A DNA stretch of 61,305 nucleotides, counting the filler, from Hausera hauseri (taxonomy: Eukaryota), in the NCBI GenBank assembly GCA_046269625.1. It is 12 parts of 12 records of this genome, joined end to end, with 100 filler letters (N's around TTAATTAATTAA, not from the genome) between each part and the next. Parts side by side here need not be neighbours in the genome. Positions count along the whole stretch, not along the records: positions 36,217 to 41,410 come from JBJURY010311166.1; positions 41,511 to 45,463 come from JBJURY010862298.1; positions 45,564 to 49,988 come from JBJURY010589001.1; positions 50,089 to 56,097 come from JBJURY010153866.1; 8 more parts are not named here. One strand, given 5' to 3'. Shown one piece after another: positions 37,691 through 50,511 of this stretch. A program made the translations under genes and the position numbers. The notes under the pieces were generated by a model. It made no database searches, was not told the DNA's origin, and saw only the letters and a list, made by a program, of their open reading frames with translations. Each line of letters starts with the position of its first letter. Positions within the stretch are counted from its first letter, which is position 1.

Positions 37691-40200
37691 TGTAAAGTCT
37701 CCTCATTGGTCACTCCATATTCACTACGCAACAAATCAATTTTACGGACCAATAACGAATTGTTCGCGTAATCCATTTGCGATGGGTCGACCCCAACGAT
37801 TACGGCAGTTTTAGGTTTATTACTCCATGAAATAATTTTCTCTTCCGATAAATTAAGTCGTTTCTCGAGTTTATGTGTAGCATCGGTACAGAGTATTTGA
37901 AAATATTTGTCATCACTTTTTGATATGTTGGTTTTTATTTTGCACCCTTCGAGTTTTTACTGTATGATTTGAAAAAAAGTAAGGTGAAACAACGCCCACT
38001 TCCAAGTTCTGGCAAAAGCCAAGCAAATAATTGCGCAACAGCGGGTAAGGATATGATATAAAAGTGAGCAGAATATTTGACAAAATCAAATTAATGTGAA
38101 TTCGATTTTGTATCATACGTTCAAATTTCCCACAGAACGTTTCAGGGAAATGACCAACAACAGCATGTCTAGTTAGTTTCGGATTGCTGTAATAATTGAC
38201 AACCATTTTTAAAGCCATATCCGAATTCTTTGGTGAAACATTGTCATCGATTGTTGTAATACTCTGTAATGACATGATTGATGTGTTGGCGATGGCGGCT
38301 TCAATGGATGTGACGCATCTTCCTTTTTTACTTGATGACTGTCAGCAATAATTGTTAGTACTTATTCAAGTGAAGAGGAACAAGACCGAAGCATTCGTGA
38401 GCATACCTGGATGGATTCAAGAGACGATGTAAAGTCTTCGAGTTTTTCGGATTTTGCTGTTTTATCTAAGTCATCCATAATGATTCCAGAATTGGATAAT
38501 GATAATGAATCGAGCACAGGGTTGGACTTAACCTTTTTCACAAGTTTGTCGTTCAATGTAACACTCGTTTCGGTTGAGGCATCGTCGTCATTTTCGGAGA
38601 AATCAAGCATATTATAGCTGATCGTATATCGAGACTTCTGTTCCTGAATATTTTCAATGCTCGGGTACCGGAGTTTGTGAAGACAACTATCCAACTGGGA
38701 ATCCGATTCAAATTTCATAGATGTTCATGTATTAGCACTGATACTTCGAAACAGTTGTGAGCGCGGTGTAAAGTTAAAAGAATCCCCTAAATCAAATGAT
38801 GGACTGTCTACAGTTCTTACAGATCTTGGAGTGCAGACTGAGTCGGAATTTCTTTGACGAATGTCACTCATTTCATGTAACTGCGAGTAGTGATCGATAA
38901 AACCATGAGATGGTTTTTTAGTTTACATTACGATTGTGTCTAGTGTCTTTTCCATATAATTAAGGGATGGATTAATTCCATTATAGTCAAATTGCCACGT
39001 ACTTTCATATACTCCGTTACATTTTTCAATGGCCATTCAAGCGAAATCGAGAATTTCTGTGTCGTATGTTTCAGCAACATGAAAGAAATGGGGTCGCAAT
39101 CCCAAAAAAAGAGAAGATACTTCAAATATAGAATCACGACTAACAACAAAGTTTCTTTGCTTTGTAGATAAATATCGACAAGGAATAAGATAACGAAATA
39201 TCTGTTCAAAAATAACATCTTCACAATTCAATGATAACATGGTTTGAAAGAGTGACAGGGTTGAGACACCCAACCCGCTTTTTGAATTCGATGTATTTAT
39301 TAGTGACTGGAGTATTCGCTGACCTTCGTGATTTTCACCAATTATAAAGCACGGAAACGGCTTTAATATTCCCGCTTCAGTTATTGATCTGAGAAATAAT
39401 CCAAAGTATATGGTAGGCGAAATTACTTCGTCCAGAGAATTTCGATTCAAAGAAGGTCTAGTAACAGGTATTAAAAAGCCATTATAAATATAATGCGTAA
39501 CGGCTTCACGTATTAGAGGATGAGACACTTGATTAACTTGGCGACAAAGACGCAGATAGTCGAGAAAGTGTTGCAGTTGTGGACGTGTTCTAATGAATGT
39601 GCTATTCAGTTGGTCGAGCAACACTAAATGACAGTAATCTGGCAGTTTTTTCGGAAGATTGGAATTGAGCGCACTCAGAGACGTTGGCAGTACCGGACAG
39701 AAATCGGATTGAAGTGCGGCGCTGTATGCAACATCTTCATTTGTAACAATTAACGTTAATAGGAGTAAAACAATATCTCTGGTCTCTTTACCCAAATGAC
39801 TGTCTCTATGAAGAAGCAGGATAAGAGGGTTAAGAAGAGGAAAACGATCTCGGAAAATTGACAAACTGGGTTTACTGCAAGGATTTTACAATAGAGGTTC
39901 ATTACTGACTCGCACGCACATCAGCTTCAGCACATGAACGAAGGCAATCTCCAAGTGGCGGCTTTACCTGATGCTGTATTCATTAAGAAGACGAAGTAAT
40001 GGTTCAAGAAACGCTCTATGTCGTAACGCACTCGGCGGTTTGTAGCCAATAATTGCTGCAAACAGACGTAACTGTTTGCGTTTAAATCGTTCCAAGGCAT
40101 CTGCAAAATGGTGCAAACTCGAACCGTAAATCTTGTTGAAGAAATCTTCCTGAATTGAATACGTAAATATTGGAGAAATATTATTCTCAGATGTCAATGA
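37691..40200 (-). pseudogene. FHIP1: FHF complex subunit FHIP1 (FAM160A)-like, intronless, broken
   Basis: FPLL.PLILLLHRD..LG..RD, SDFCPVL.TSLSAL.S.LPKKL, YIYNGFLIPV, LSLF.TMLSLNCEDVI, KFERMIQN..HINLIL..YPYPLLRNYLL. Confidence 0.85.
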
Positions 40201-40349
40201 ATTTTCCACAATTGGTCTCAATGTCACCTCAAATTCCCCAGTTTTACAAATGTCCACACATTTAATTATTTCCAAGATGGTACCGGTTACAGCTAACGGA
40301 GGGCCGCCGGCAACCGTACTGAAAAGACAGCCGATATCGACATACAGAA

Positions 40350-40830
40350 CATCAGCATTAATCCCAGTTGCTCGACAATCATTTAGCAAACTAATACCGT
40401 CAAATTCACTCTGATCTAACTTGTCTGCATCAATAAGAAATGTGTCTGGTTCCGGAAATAAAATTGAACTCTTCTAAACATCACCACTAACATTTAACAA
40501 TTCTGCCTGATGTTCATCTGATCGTTTCCATATAAATTTTGATAAAAGGTACCTACGATATGATGGATAACATTTCCCACGTTCACCACAACCTGCAGGC
40601 CCGCTGTTTATTATTAAAACTTTTGCAAACAGGTCCGATGCTCGTATTGATCTGGCAGGTGATATTCCTGCAATACCACCTCCAATGATCAAATAAGGTT
40701 CTTCTGTTGGTAACTTAGATGCGTTTTTTTATTTCAGATGCAGCACATGTCTCTTCTGCACGTTCCTTTTTAGTACCATTGTGAAAATCAACTTTATGCT
40801 GCTGTGTTTGTGACTCAATTGTTCCTCTAA
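40350..40830 (-). pseudogene. AIFM1: Apoptosis-inducing factor N-terminal fragment
   Basis: PYLIIGGGIAG.S.ARSIRA.D..AKVLII, YRRYLLSKFIW, RSSIYF.EP.TF, DGISLL. Confidence 0.8.
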
Positions 40831-41139
40831 TCACATTAGCTTGTTCTGAATCAATCTTCCATTTAATAAATGATTTTTTTTTATCAAAATATATCGAACA
40901 ATTGGACTGAACAAATTTATTTTAATAAACTTCATAACCTGAAAATGATGCACTGAAAACTGAAATTGATACATATAAATTTCTAGTAAAGTGTATCGGC
41001 ATTGTTTGACGAATGCCAAAGTTACATGCAATTATAAAACAATAGTTTTTTAAAGACTGTCTAACGTGCAGATCAGAATGTTTATAATTCGTAATGGAAA
41101 AAATGTTACCTTCGTGAAGAAATCCTTATCCGTGCGGCA

Positions 41140-41410
41140 CTAAATAAACTGGTATATTTTCTGACACCATTTACCGTTCAACAAACCCAATCGACTGATG
41201 GAATATTGAGTGTCAGTGTGATCATCCTGGCACCATGACGCATGCAGATTTTTCGCCTTGTAGATACTGAACGGTGGCATAACGAGAGATGCATCGGCAT
41301 TGACGCAAATCAACACGGAATAATTCCTATCGTCAACATGCATTATAACACCGTCAGACCAACATCTCAGACAAGTCGAAATATTCCCTCATGTGCTCAG
41401 GATAATTTCA
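41140..41410 (-). mobile_element. pogo/Tigger-type DDE transposase fragment
   Basis: RNYSVLICVNADAS..PPFSIYKAKNL..SW..YSISRLG. Confidence 0.65.
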
Positions 41411-41519
41411 NNNNNNNNNNNNNNNNNNNNNNNNNNNNNNNNNNNNNNNNNNNNTTAATTAATTAANNNNNNNNNNNNNNNNNNNNNNNNNNNNNNNNNN
41501 NNNNNNNNNNTGTACAAAT

Positions 41520-42628
41520 TCCTAAGTTTGTACAATAATGGAAAATATCATAAAATAATAAATATTTACAATATGCTGCTTATAATAGTATTTACAATTT
41601 TTGGACGTCTTCGCAATATTGGAAGTCTTTACAACATTTGTATTTCGGTTAAATTTTGAATGGTAATAGCACAACATTTTTTGCGCAGGCAACAGTGAAT
41701 GGCTAGAGATTACAGACGAGTGTCTGCTTCGATCCACGTTGAATCGATCACTACGTGGCAGGGACAGAGTCAAGTTTGTTAGAGATAGCCAAAATAGCCT
41801 GATGTAAGGCTGCATTTTCATCTTGTAGAGTTTGTATTTGATTAATTATATTGTTCATGTTGTTTAATGAATGTGTCGATTGTAAGTTTGCAACTATTGT
41901 TGGTGAACTATTGTTATGTAGGATTTCATAACTTTTGTCTGCCAAATGTACCAGTTTTCCGAGCGACACACAATTCTCAACCACAGTGAGGAGTGCACGT
42001 ATCTAAAGTGACAAGGAAGGCAAGAAGTAACGTCGGGAATGTCCGCCTTATTCTGTTGATTTACTCAAGTGAATTCAATTGTGAGAGTGAAGTGCGAAGG
42101 AATTCCGTGGGTTTCTGTTGCATTTTTCTTTAAAATATTTTTGTATGAGTGTATTAAGTGAAGGTTCGGTAGATTTTATAACTGCTTCGTGTAGCGGTTT
42201 GTAAGGATCAACATGGTTGAATATTTCGGTCAGGCTAGTAATGCTAGATTTAATATTAAGTGGCAGATGGATGAGCAGACTGTTTGCTTTCTGAAATGCA
42301 TCGATAATTTTGTGCGAGGCTAGCCACTTGGCGTGGAAATCGAGCCAAGTGCTACTGGAGTTTTTGCTATCGAAAAAAGTCTATGCACTGAAAATTGGAA
42401 ATAGAAGATGTAGCTTGTGCCAGGTGAATGGCAGGAATTCCAGGCCATTTCATAATTTCTTCTGAGTTGGGATCTGAGCCGTTACCAAGTTTAGAAATTA
42501 CATGGAGATAGAGAGATGAGGAATAATGTGAATGAAAAGAGCATAGCAGATCATCGTTGTGAATAATGAGTCCGTTCAGAAATAATGTAAAGTCTGACGG
42601 ATGAGTGTCATTATAGATCGATGTTCAT
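41520..42628 (-). mobile_element. Ty3/Gypsy CsRn1-like gag, degenerate (copy I)
   Basis: WLDFHAKWL..KANSLLIHLP..DPYKPL..QKPTEFLRTSL; LVHLADKSYE; LCYYHSKF. Confidence 0.8.
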
Positions 42629-42654
42629 AGTTGTTGTCCTAGTGTATTGTGGTT

Positions 42655-42875
42655 TGCGGTGTGTGAATGTTTATTAAATTTGAAATTAAAAATGGAAAAT
42701 GTGAGCTGGCTGGAGCAGGGAACAACATGTAATGGCCCGCGCTGCGTGCCGCGCGACCCATGGCCGTGGAGTGAACAACAGAATGCCGCGGTGCCGCCGC
42801 GACGGTGCCAAAATGCCAAGACAGGAAGACACGTCGAAGAAATTGACCGCCGGTACGGCACTCCCGTAATCCGCA
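42655..42875 (-). repeat. Putative short LTR of copy I (~221 bp)
   Basis: Begins TGCGGAT, ends ACCGCA; GC-rich block then TTTTCCATTTT and AATAAA. Confidence 0.55.
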
Positions 42876-44290
42876 ATAAAAGCACGGTAGGTAAAATTGT
42901 TCTTGTTGACAGTGATAAAATCGATCTTAGACTTAGCATCTTGTTTGACATTAAACTGAATTCTACCGAATTTCCGATCATCGGCTATTTTATTATTTAG
43001 CTTTTGATTTCTTCTGATGACGTCATAAAGGTGCGAATCTGTTCATCAATTTTTAATGGTCTGTTTTCAATTTCTAATTTCGGGGCACTTCTTGTGCTTG
43101 GTAACACTTTGATAGACAAACGTAAATTGCAGGAATATCATCATTCGACCAGTATAAAACAGCTGACATTGATGCACTAATGCGTTTAATCGGTGTAGCA
43201 TTTTGATAAACCTACTTAAAAGAAGGTGATGGGATGATGTCTGGCCGCATATTACTAATATTGGAGTCAATTTCCATTTTTTATTCATTTGCGTGCATCG
43301 TTTTATGAGTTGAGATATACGTTTAGGTTGAAAAGATTGTTCAGCAACAATAACTTGTGCTTGTTTACCCGCTTTATAAGTGTAGAGTTAAGACCAGTAG
43401 ATTTGGAATGAAGTTTATTGACGGTTTTTGAAATATTTGAAATATTGGTAGTTGGGTCTGCTACCAAGAAATTACAAAAAATTTATTTGTTTTCACAGCT
43501 GGATCCGTAAACTTGAAAAAGGCCCTTATAGTATCAATAGAAGCAAATAAGATTGCTCTGGTCAGGACGTAGTCATTAACAGGTTGTAGGAAGATGCATA
43601 CATCCTTTTTAGCGACTTGTTGGAAGAGTGCAAATGTTTCGCTCAATCTTAAAGCTTTTAGAGCATAAATGCATTTCTCTACTTCGACTTTGTCCTTTAG
43701 TGCTTTTTTAAACGTCGGCTAGGCAATAGATGGCGTCTGTAAGCCTGCGATAATGTTTGACATATTTTTGGTATATTGTTTATAAATGTTTGAGCATTTA
43801 TTGGAAAATAAAATGTTTCATAAGAGCTACTATCAACCAAGAATGACAGGGTCGGATCGAGTAATTCGAAACAATTAGACAGTGGTTCATTGTTTTCAGT
43901 CTTATTATAAACATTTGTTGAATTGATATGAGCATAGCTGATCGACTGACGAACATAGCAAATGAACAAGTAATGTGGTTTGAAATACTCGCCCAAGACA
44001 TAAAGTTGTTTGTGAAGAATATCTCCAAAAATCTTTATGCGTTTCCAAAGATAACGGAAACGTACACTTAGAAGGATGATATTAGCGCAGGTGATTCTTC
44101 AGTATTCGTAAAATGTAAAATGGCACTTGGAATTAAAGTTGAAAATCTGCAAAGTTCACTATTAACATACAAATAAAGCATATTGCAAAAGGTGTTCGAA
44201 TGTAATTCGGTTATGTCGCAAACATACTGCAATGAAATAACTTCAGGCTTTAGAAATTTATATTTTATTTTTAACATCGAATGGTTAGTG
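42876..44290 (-). pseudogene. Unidentified fragmented coding sequence
   Basis: Chain of short minus-strand ORFs (43067-44277) separated by stops/frameshifts. Confidence 0.3.
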
Positions 44291-46399
44291 AGAATGTAAT
44301 CACAGAATATAAATTGTTCCAGATTGAGCTCTCAAAGCAGCGAAAAGACCGTAACCTACTGATTGATGCCAGTCGTGCCGGCCGTTGACGTCAGGCCAAC
44401 CGGTTCAATGATGATGACCTGTTCTGTCACCACTTCTTGGTAAGTATCGTGCCACTGTTCGTGGTTAAGCTCGATAAAGTAGACCTCAACTCTATGTTCG
44501 ATGTGCACGAATGATGCGTTTTAGCACAATTTCCCACAATCAGAATAAGTTGTCGTATTAGCAATCTGTATTAGCAATTGACAATGTTATATTATATGGA
44601 TATTGAAATTTATTTAACCTACCGACCATGGCCAGTCCCGAAGTTTTTTGGTGAGAATGGCTGATCCAATATTTCTTTTTGCGGATCTTGATGTTCGTGG
44701 ATAAGCAGATTTGTGTTTTGATGAGCCACACATTCGGCATTCGATGTGCCAGATATCGGAACCTTCGTTCAACGGAACCCATGAAACGATGTTTATGGAG
44801 TTATTATCGAAAATTAATCGACAAAAGTACCTTTCAGTGTATTTTAAGATATCTGTTGCAATTTGGAAATCAGTCAGATTCTTCTGATTGACCTTGTGCA
44901 CGAATAAATAGTCATATTCAAGACATGCACTGTGACATCATCATTCACTGACAAAAATCAGTCAGTTTTCAGTTTAGCTGATGACCAGGCGGTCGGAGAC
45001 CCCAAGTACCTTTCTCTGACCCGTGAATGTGAAAAGACTTCAGGTTAATTATTTGTAGAATCAGTGAGGAGCAATAAGAGTTTATCTAAAAAGGAAATAT
45101 TTTTATCTACGTGTTGAGATAGTTCTAAAATTCATTGAAGAAAGCAAAGGAAAGCCAGGCTTTCAGCAGATAACAGGNNNNNNNNNNGCCATGTTTAGAA
45201 CAGATTTGACAAACTCACTGGTGTTAAATTTAGATATGATTCCGGGCAGATTTTTAACAAAATCGAACTGCCGGACATTTCATACAAATTGGCAGTATTG
45301 ATGTAAGGTGAATATTAAAATGTCAGTACAAATATTGCCCGTATTGAGTCCATAATTAAAATAGACATTGTTGCTACAAATGATTGTGTTAGGTGACGCT
45401 ATTTTAATTCGATATTTCATTTCGTTCAAATTGCTATCGCCGTAAAATTTGGAATATTGAAATNNNNNNNNNNNNNNNNNNNNNNNNNNNNNNNNNNNNN
45501 NNNNNNNTTAATTAATTAANNNNNNNNNNNNNNNNNNNNNNNNNNNNNNNNNNNNNNNNNNNNGGATATTAGTAGACAAGTACCGATATTTGATACTTGT
45601 CTTATGTCCCCGTCACAATATTGTTTAGCGTTACATGATTGAATTTATTTGTACCTAACAAGGAACAACACCTTACTGCTAGTTGGATTTTGAGAAGTTC
45701 TACAGGTACAACATTTTATAATAATTAATAATGTGAAAAGATGTTACACCATTTCGCACTTCTTCATTTTTGTGAATTAACTCATTTTTTGCATTTTATC
45801 GACTATTAATATTTGACTAATTGTGTTTTATTAATGTTTTGTCGACCTAATAAACAACCGTATAATATTTGACTCATGACATGCCATCATTCATGTGTAA
45901 AGTTAATATTTATACAGAATGAAGAAATATTAGTGATGTAACTGATAATTAAACACACAATCATATTAATTGTGTACTTGTAGCATTTGTAGAATTAGTT
46001 ACTTGTCAGTGACGTTTCATATTGTATGACATATTTAATGATCAATTTTTATTAATCAATTAATTATTTGATTCTGAAAATTTCGTATTACACATACATT
46101 TTGACTAGATCTATTACAATTGATCCATAAAAACATTTTAGTTAAATGAATAGCTGTCATTTATCCCACCATTTTAACATTAATTTAATAGTTGGGTAAC
46201 CTTTGTTGTTTCATGTCCTTAATACTACAATTCTGTATGTGTGAAACTTTCATAACATGCATCAAATTAGATCATACTACAATACAAAAACTACGTAAGA
46301 CATTCAACAAGCATGACCGGTGACCAAGATTTTCAATCATGAAGTACAAAAACACAGAAATGCCTAACTACGTAAAAATACTTCCAGAAAACATGTCGG

Positions 46400-49255
46400 C
46401 ACGAAAGGTACTTGTTGAATGCCCCACGAACATAAGTTCGACAAAAACGTACCAAAAACAAATTATTTGCGTGAAAATTTTGCAAAAATTTTTCATTCTG
46501 AGTAAATAAATCAACAGTTTCGGCGGGATATTTCGACAGATATTGAAAGAGTGGCCGACGTAATTTACTCGACGAAAAGAACAGAATTCGTTGCTCGATT
46601 TGAATAACAACTTCCGACAGCGATTCGATGTATTTATTCGGGCGTTTTTGTAAATATTGAAATAATTCGACGGTTTGAACCAACAGTAAGAAGTTCTAAA
46701 ATTCAATAGAACTTCCCGCACTATTCTGATAGTCTTTTACCTCGTTCTTATCGAAATCGATGCTGGGATTCTTATCGTATTCTTCGTATAGCATATTCAA
46801 GTTCTTCCCTATCTTTACCTAATGCCCGGTAATTTTGTGGTCAGACTAATATAACATACTGAAAAAAGGCTTTCTCCCATTTTTTCGGTAAAACTCGATG
46901 GGAAAAGCTGAAGGCAATAACGAATTTGAGTACTAATAAGCAGCGAATAATTCTCTTTAAATTGCGTCATAAGTGGCTTCAAGAAAGAGCTACATTTTTC
47001 CTGGCTAAATGAGGTTCTCTTTAAGAACTCTTTCAAACAATTGAAGGCACATTCATGAACTTCAGGTTGATTAGATCGCATGGCTAAACAATAATTATCA
47101 ACATTTCCAAAATTCCATTTGCAGCAATTCATTTCACCCTATCCAAAATATGATATTAACCAATTTGCCCCACCTTTTTACACAAAATCATATAGTAAAA
47201 ATATGTGACATTCGATAAGCACAATCAATATTATGCTCATAAATAACGGGTAAATAGGTTATAAGCAAAGAAAAAATTGCGAAATACACTTCTTCAATTT
47301 TCCCCGAATATGCATTGGAATTTTGAATTTTGACAAATATTCGATTAAAGTTCGATTTATGTCATCAGCTGATATTATCTCTTCGCTCATTCCGAAAAAA
47401 TGCAAAGCCAAGAGGACAAGTCATATTTAATAACATTTCCATCAGCCTCAATACACATCTCCAAACGATTCTTCATGATTTGCCAGATTTGAGGTATGGC
47501 AGATAGCACCATCTTGCTGCAGATTCATCGGTAATAAAGTTGTTTTCAATGCTTTTCTCCAGATACTTTTGGCAGAATTGGACTCGCTTCTCCTCGTGCA
47601 TTGGCGTGAGATTAGAAACACGTTTTGGCATCAATTTTTGATAGTCACTAGCTTTCAGATGACGCTGAATGGTTCGGCTGGAGACAGAGGACACTTGTAA
47701 GCAAAAGCAGACACGCTTCGGGGATCATTCACATCCAGGGATTGTGGTCGTCCTGAGCTTGTTCCTGTTTCCAGAGGAATGTTTGTGACTTCATGCAAAT
47801 CCATAGCATTGTACATACCTCCTTCAAAGAGTATGTGAAATCGTTCTGGGTTGTTGCACTCCATTGAACATGAGAAAATGCATTTACCTTTATTTTATCG
47901 CGAGTTGTATAAATTTTGGACCTACACACGAACGACAGATTACGAGAAAATCATGGGAAAATTGAAGAAGTGCGAAATGACATAACATTTGAAAGCGCTG
48001 ATTGCGTAATAGTTTAGCGATATTAACAATAATCGTCACCATTAAAAAGAGCCTGAAAATTCTTCTCCCTATCCGAATCCAAATACCACAAAGTCGACAG
48101 AATATTGCAAGCTGCCACCTTAATAGCAACAGAGTATTTGTCTGACTCAGATGATGGCTAATTTCACATTCATATGTATTAGAACAACTATAACAAATTA
48201 CGGAATTATTCGTTGGTACATCAGTCGAATGGGGTTTAACCGAGGCATAAGTGATTTTCGAAATGCTTGTTGAATAAGATACTGCTTCTAACAGTGGAGC
48301 AGCGGATGGTTTTCCAGGTGGTTCTAAAACGTTTCTAACGCAATCAAGAAACAATCTGTGCTGCTCATTTTCAGCGTAATAGTACACATGATTTCCACCA
48401 TTTGTATGATGACCAAACAAATAGTTAATTTGCTGATACGACAAATCAGTTGACGTTCGGGACCAACGAATAACTTACTAAAATGGATATTTGTTTCGAC
48501 AGGGGACACGATTTAAAAAAATCGGCGGTCGGTGGCAATATGTCATTAACGAGCTGCAATTGTGTACTGAGAATGCTATTCAATGACCGATTGGTCAACA
48601 TCACTATTCGGTTCAGAACTGTTCGAGCTCGATTTCTAACGAATTCATTTTCTGATAAAAGATATTGAACAGAAAGTTCGGAGACAGAGTACAACAACTA
48701 GAGATGGTATAAGATGCAGATATTCGAAACAAAACGTTACATCATCGAATTGTTGAAAATCGGCAATTTTAAAAAATATTTTCATAGTCTGGTAATTTTC
48801 CGAGCTGAAACAGCTATCAATTATCAAATCAATGCATTCGTCAGCGATTTTTAAAGTTCCGTGTGAAATCTGATTCGACAATTCGTTGACAACGAAAAAT
48901 AGACCCTTTAAAAAGTCCAGCGCATATTTCCAAATGAAACATGGATGGAGTGGACGTATTAGGTACGTTAAAACAGAACAACCCGTCCATTTATTATACC
49001 TATAAAATGGAGACGTTGTAAAACGTAATGAAAATGCAAAAATCCACCAAGCACAGTGATACAGTTGATCGACAATTCGTTTAGCCAAATAATGAAAAAT
49101 CACAAAATTCGATGAGACATGATGAAATTCGGTAGCCGAGAAAAAAATGCTGCAAATTTTTTGCAAATAAATTAACGCAATTTTCGATTGTTCTTTATCT
49201 TCATACGACATGACGTCGATAACTGAGTCGACCAGAGTTTTGGTCATCAACAGCT
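46400..49255 (-). pseudogene. TRRAP: TRRAP/Tra1 internal fragment with short introns, interrupted at ~47130-48460
   Basis: LVDSVIDVMSYEDKE, YHCAW^YNKWTGC, LKGLFFV..LSNQISHG, LLSENEFVRNRA, QLFPSSFTEK, LRRPLFQYLSKYPAETVDLF; GT-AG introns at 49047-49000 and 48740-48698. Confidence 0.85.
47473..47870 (-). mobile_element. Tc1-family transposase fragment
   Basis: VSSRTIQRHL..PKRVSNLTPMHEEKRVQFCQKY..FITDES. Confidence 0.75.
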
Positions 49256-49305
49256 GTGAACGAAAATAAATAAAATAAAAAATGGAAATTCATAAATTTG
49301 ACGAA

Positions 49306-49988
49306 TACGTGATGTGTTACTAATTGGGGAAGGATTTAAATTGTGACCAATGAATTTTTATGAAAATATTCATGTAGGTATGTGGCGCGTTAGACTCGCG
49401 TCCCTGGACTCGTTGTTACTATAAATAGCCGTCACCTTAATGGCTACAAATTTTGTGCTGCCGTGTTTGTGCTGTTGGGTAGTTTTTTCATTTTCATGCA
49501 AGCAATGTCGTCATACGTGGAATATCGCAGTGAGAATAAATAAATCATCCAATTGCTACAGGAGGTCTACCAGATTCAGTAGCAGAATCTACTCATGCAA
49601 TCCTGAAGGATTTTGGCATAAGAAAACTCTCCTCGCGCTTCGTTCCCAGATTCATTAGTGGAAGAACAAAAGAAACCTGAAGCTCTACGACAAGTATGGC
49701 GATGCTCTTCTTCAAAACACTNNNNNNNNNNTATGCTTACTGTGTTCTGCGATATTCGCGGCATTATTAAGATAGATTTCTTGGACCAAGAAGCCACGAT
49801 GAACTCATAGTACTACAGTAAACTCATGCGTGATGTGCGAAAACGTCGGCTAAAGTCGCCAGGCATCCCTCTCTGGCCATTGCATGACAACGCTCCAATT
49901 CACGCTCGCTCCTCGGCCACAATCATGCGACATCTGAAAGGCTACAATTTTCAATCCGCAGAAGAACTGAAGGAGGAAGTGGAGCAAA
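49306..49988 (+). mobile_element. mariner-like element, deleted
   Basis: TA+CGTGATGTG end; RKLSSRFVPR (WVP motif), MLTVFCDIRGII.IDFL, YYSKL, LHDNAPIH. Confidence 0.8.
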
Positions 49989-50511
49989 NNNNNNNNNNNN
50001 NNNNNNNNNNNNNNNNNNNNNNNNNNNNNNNNTTAATTAATTAANNNNNNNNNNNNNNNNNNNNNNNNNNNNNNNNNNNNNNNNNNNNCCGAGTTTTTTC
50101 ATACGACCACATTCCCTTTTTCTATTGGAAACCATGGTGCCTTTATTTTTAAGTTTGGCTATTAAGTGTATCACTGTTGCTTTGGGAATAGACAATGTGT
50201 GGAAATGTCACCTCCTCGTTTTCAGCTCGATTTTCAACTGAAGTGTCCATTTTTCACAAGCAAAACAAGAACAACAAACACTTGAACATAACTAATATAT
50301 TAATAGCAATAGAAAAATCAATATTCAGTACACTTTACTTCGATTCATTTCAGTTTAATGCAATTTATTAAGTAAAACGGATGTGGCTCAATTAATTTTT
50401 CCAGTACTGTAGTCATAATTAATAAGTAAACTATATATTGAACTTAACACACACAGTCATTTACTGCTGTGCATTATCTTACAAATCGGCGTAACATTAA
50501 TAATTTGTCAC

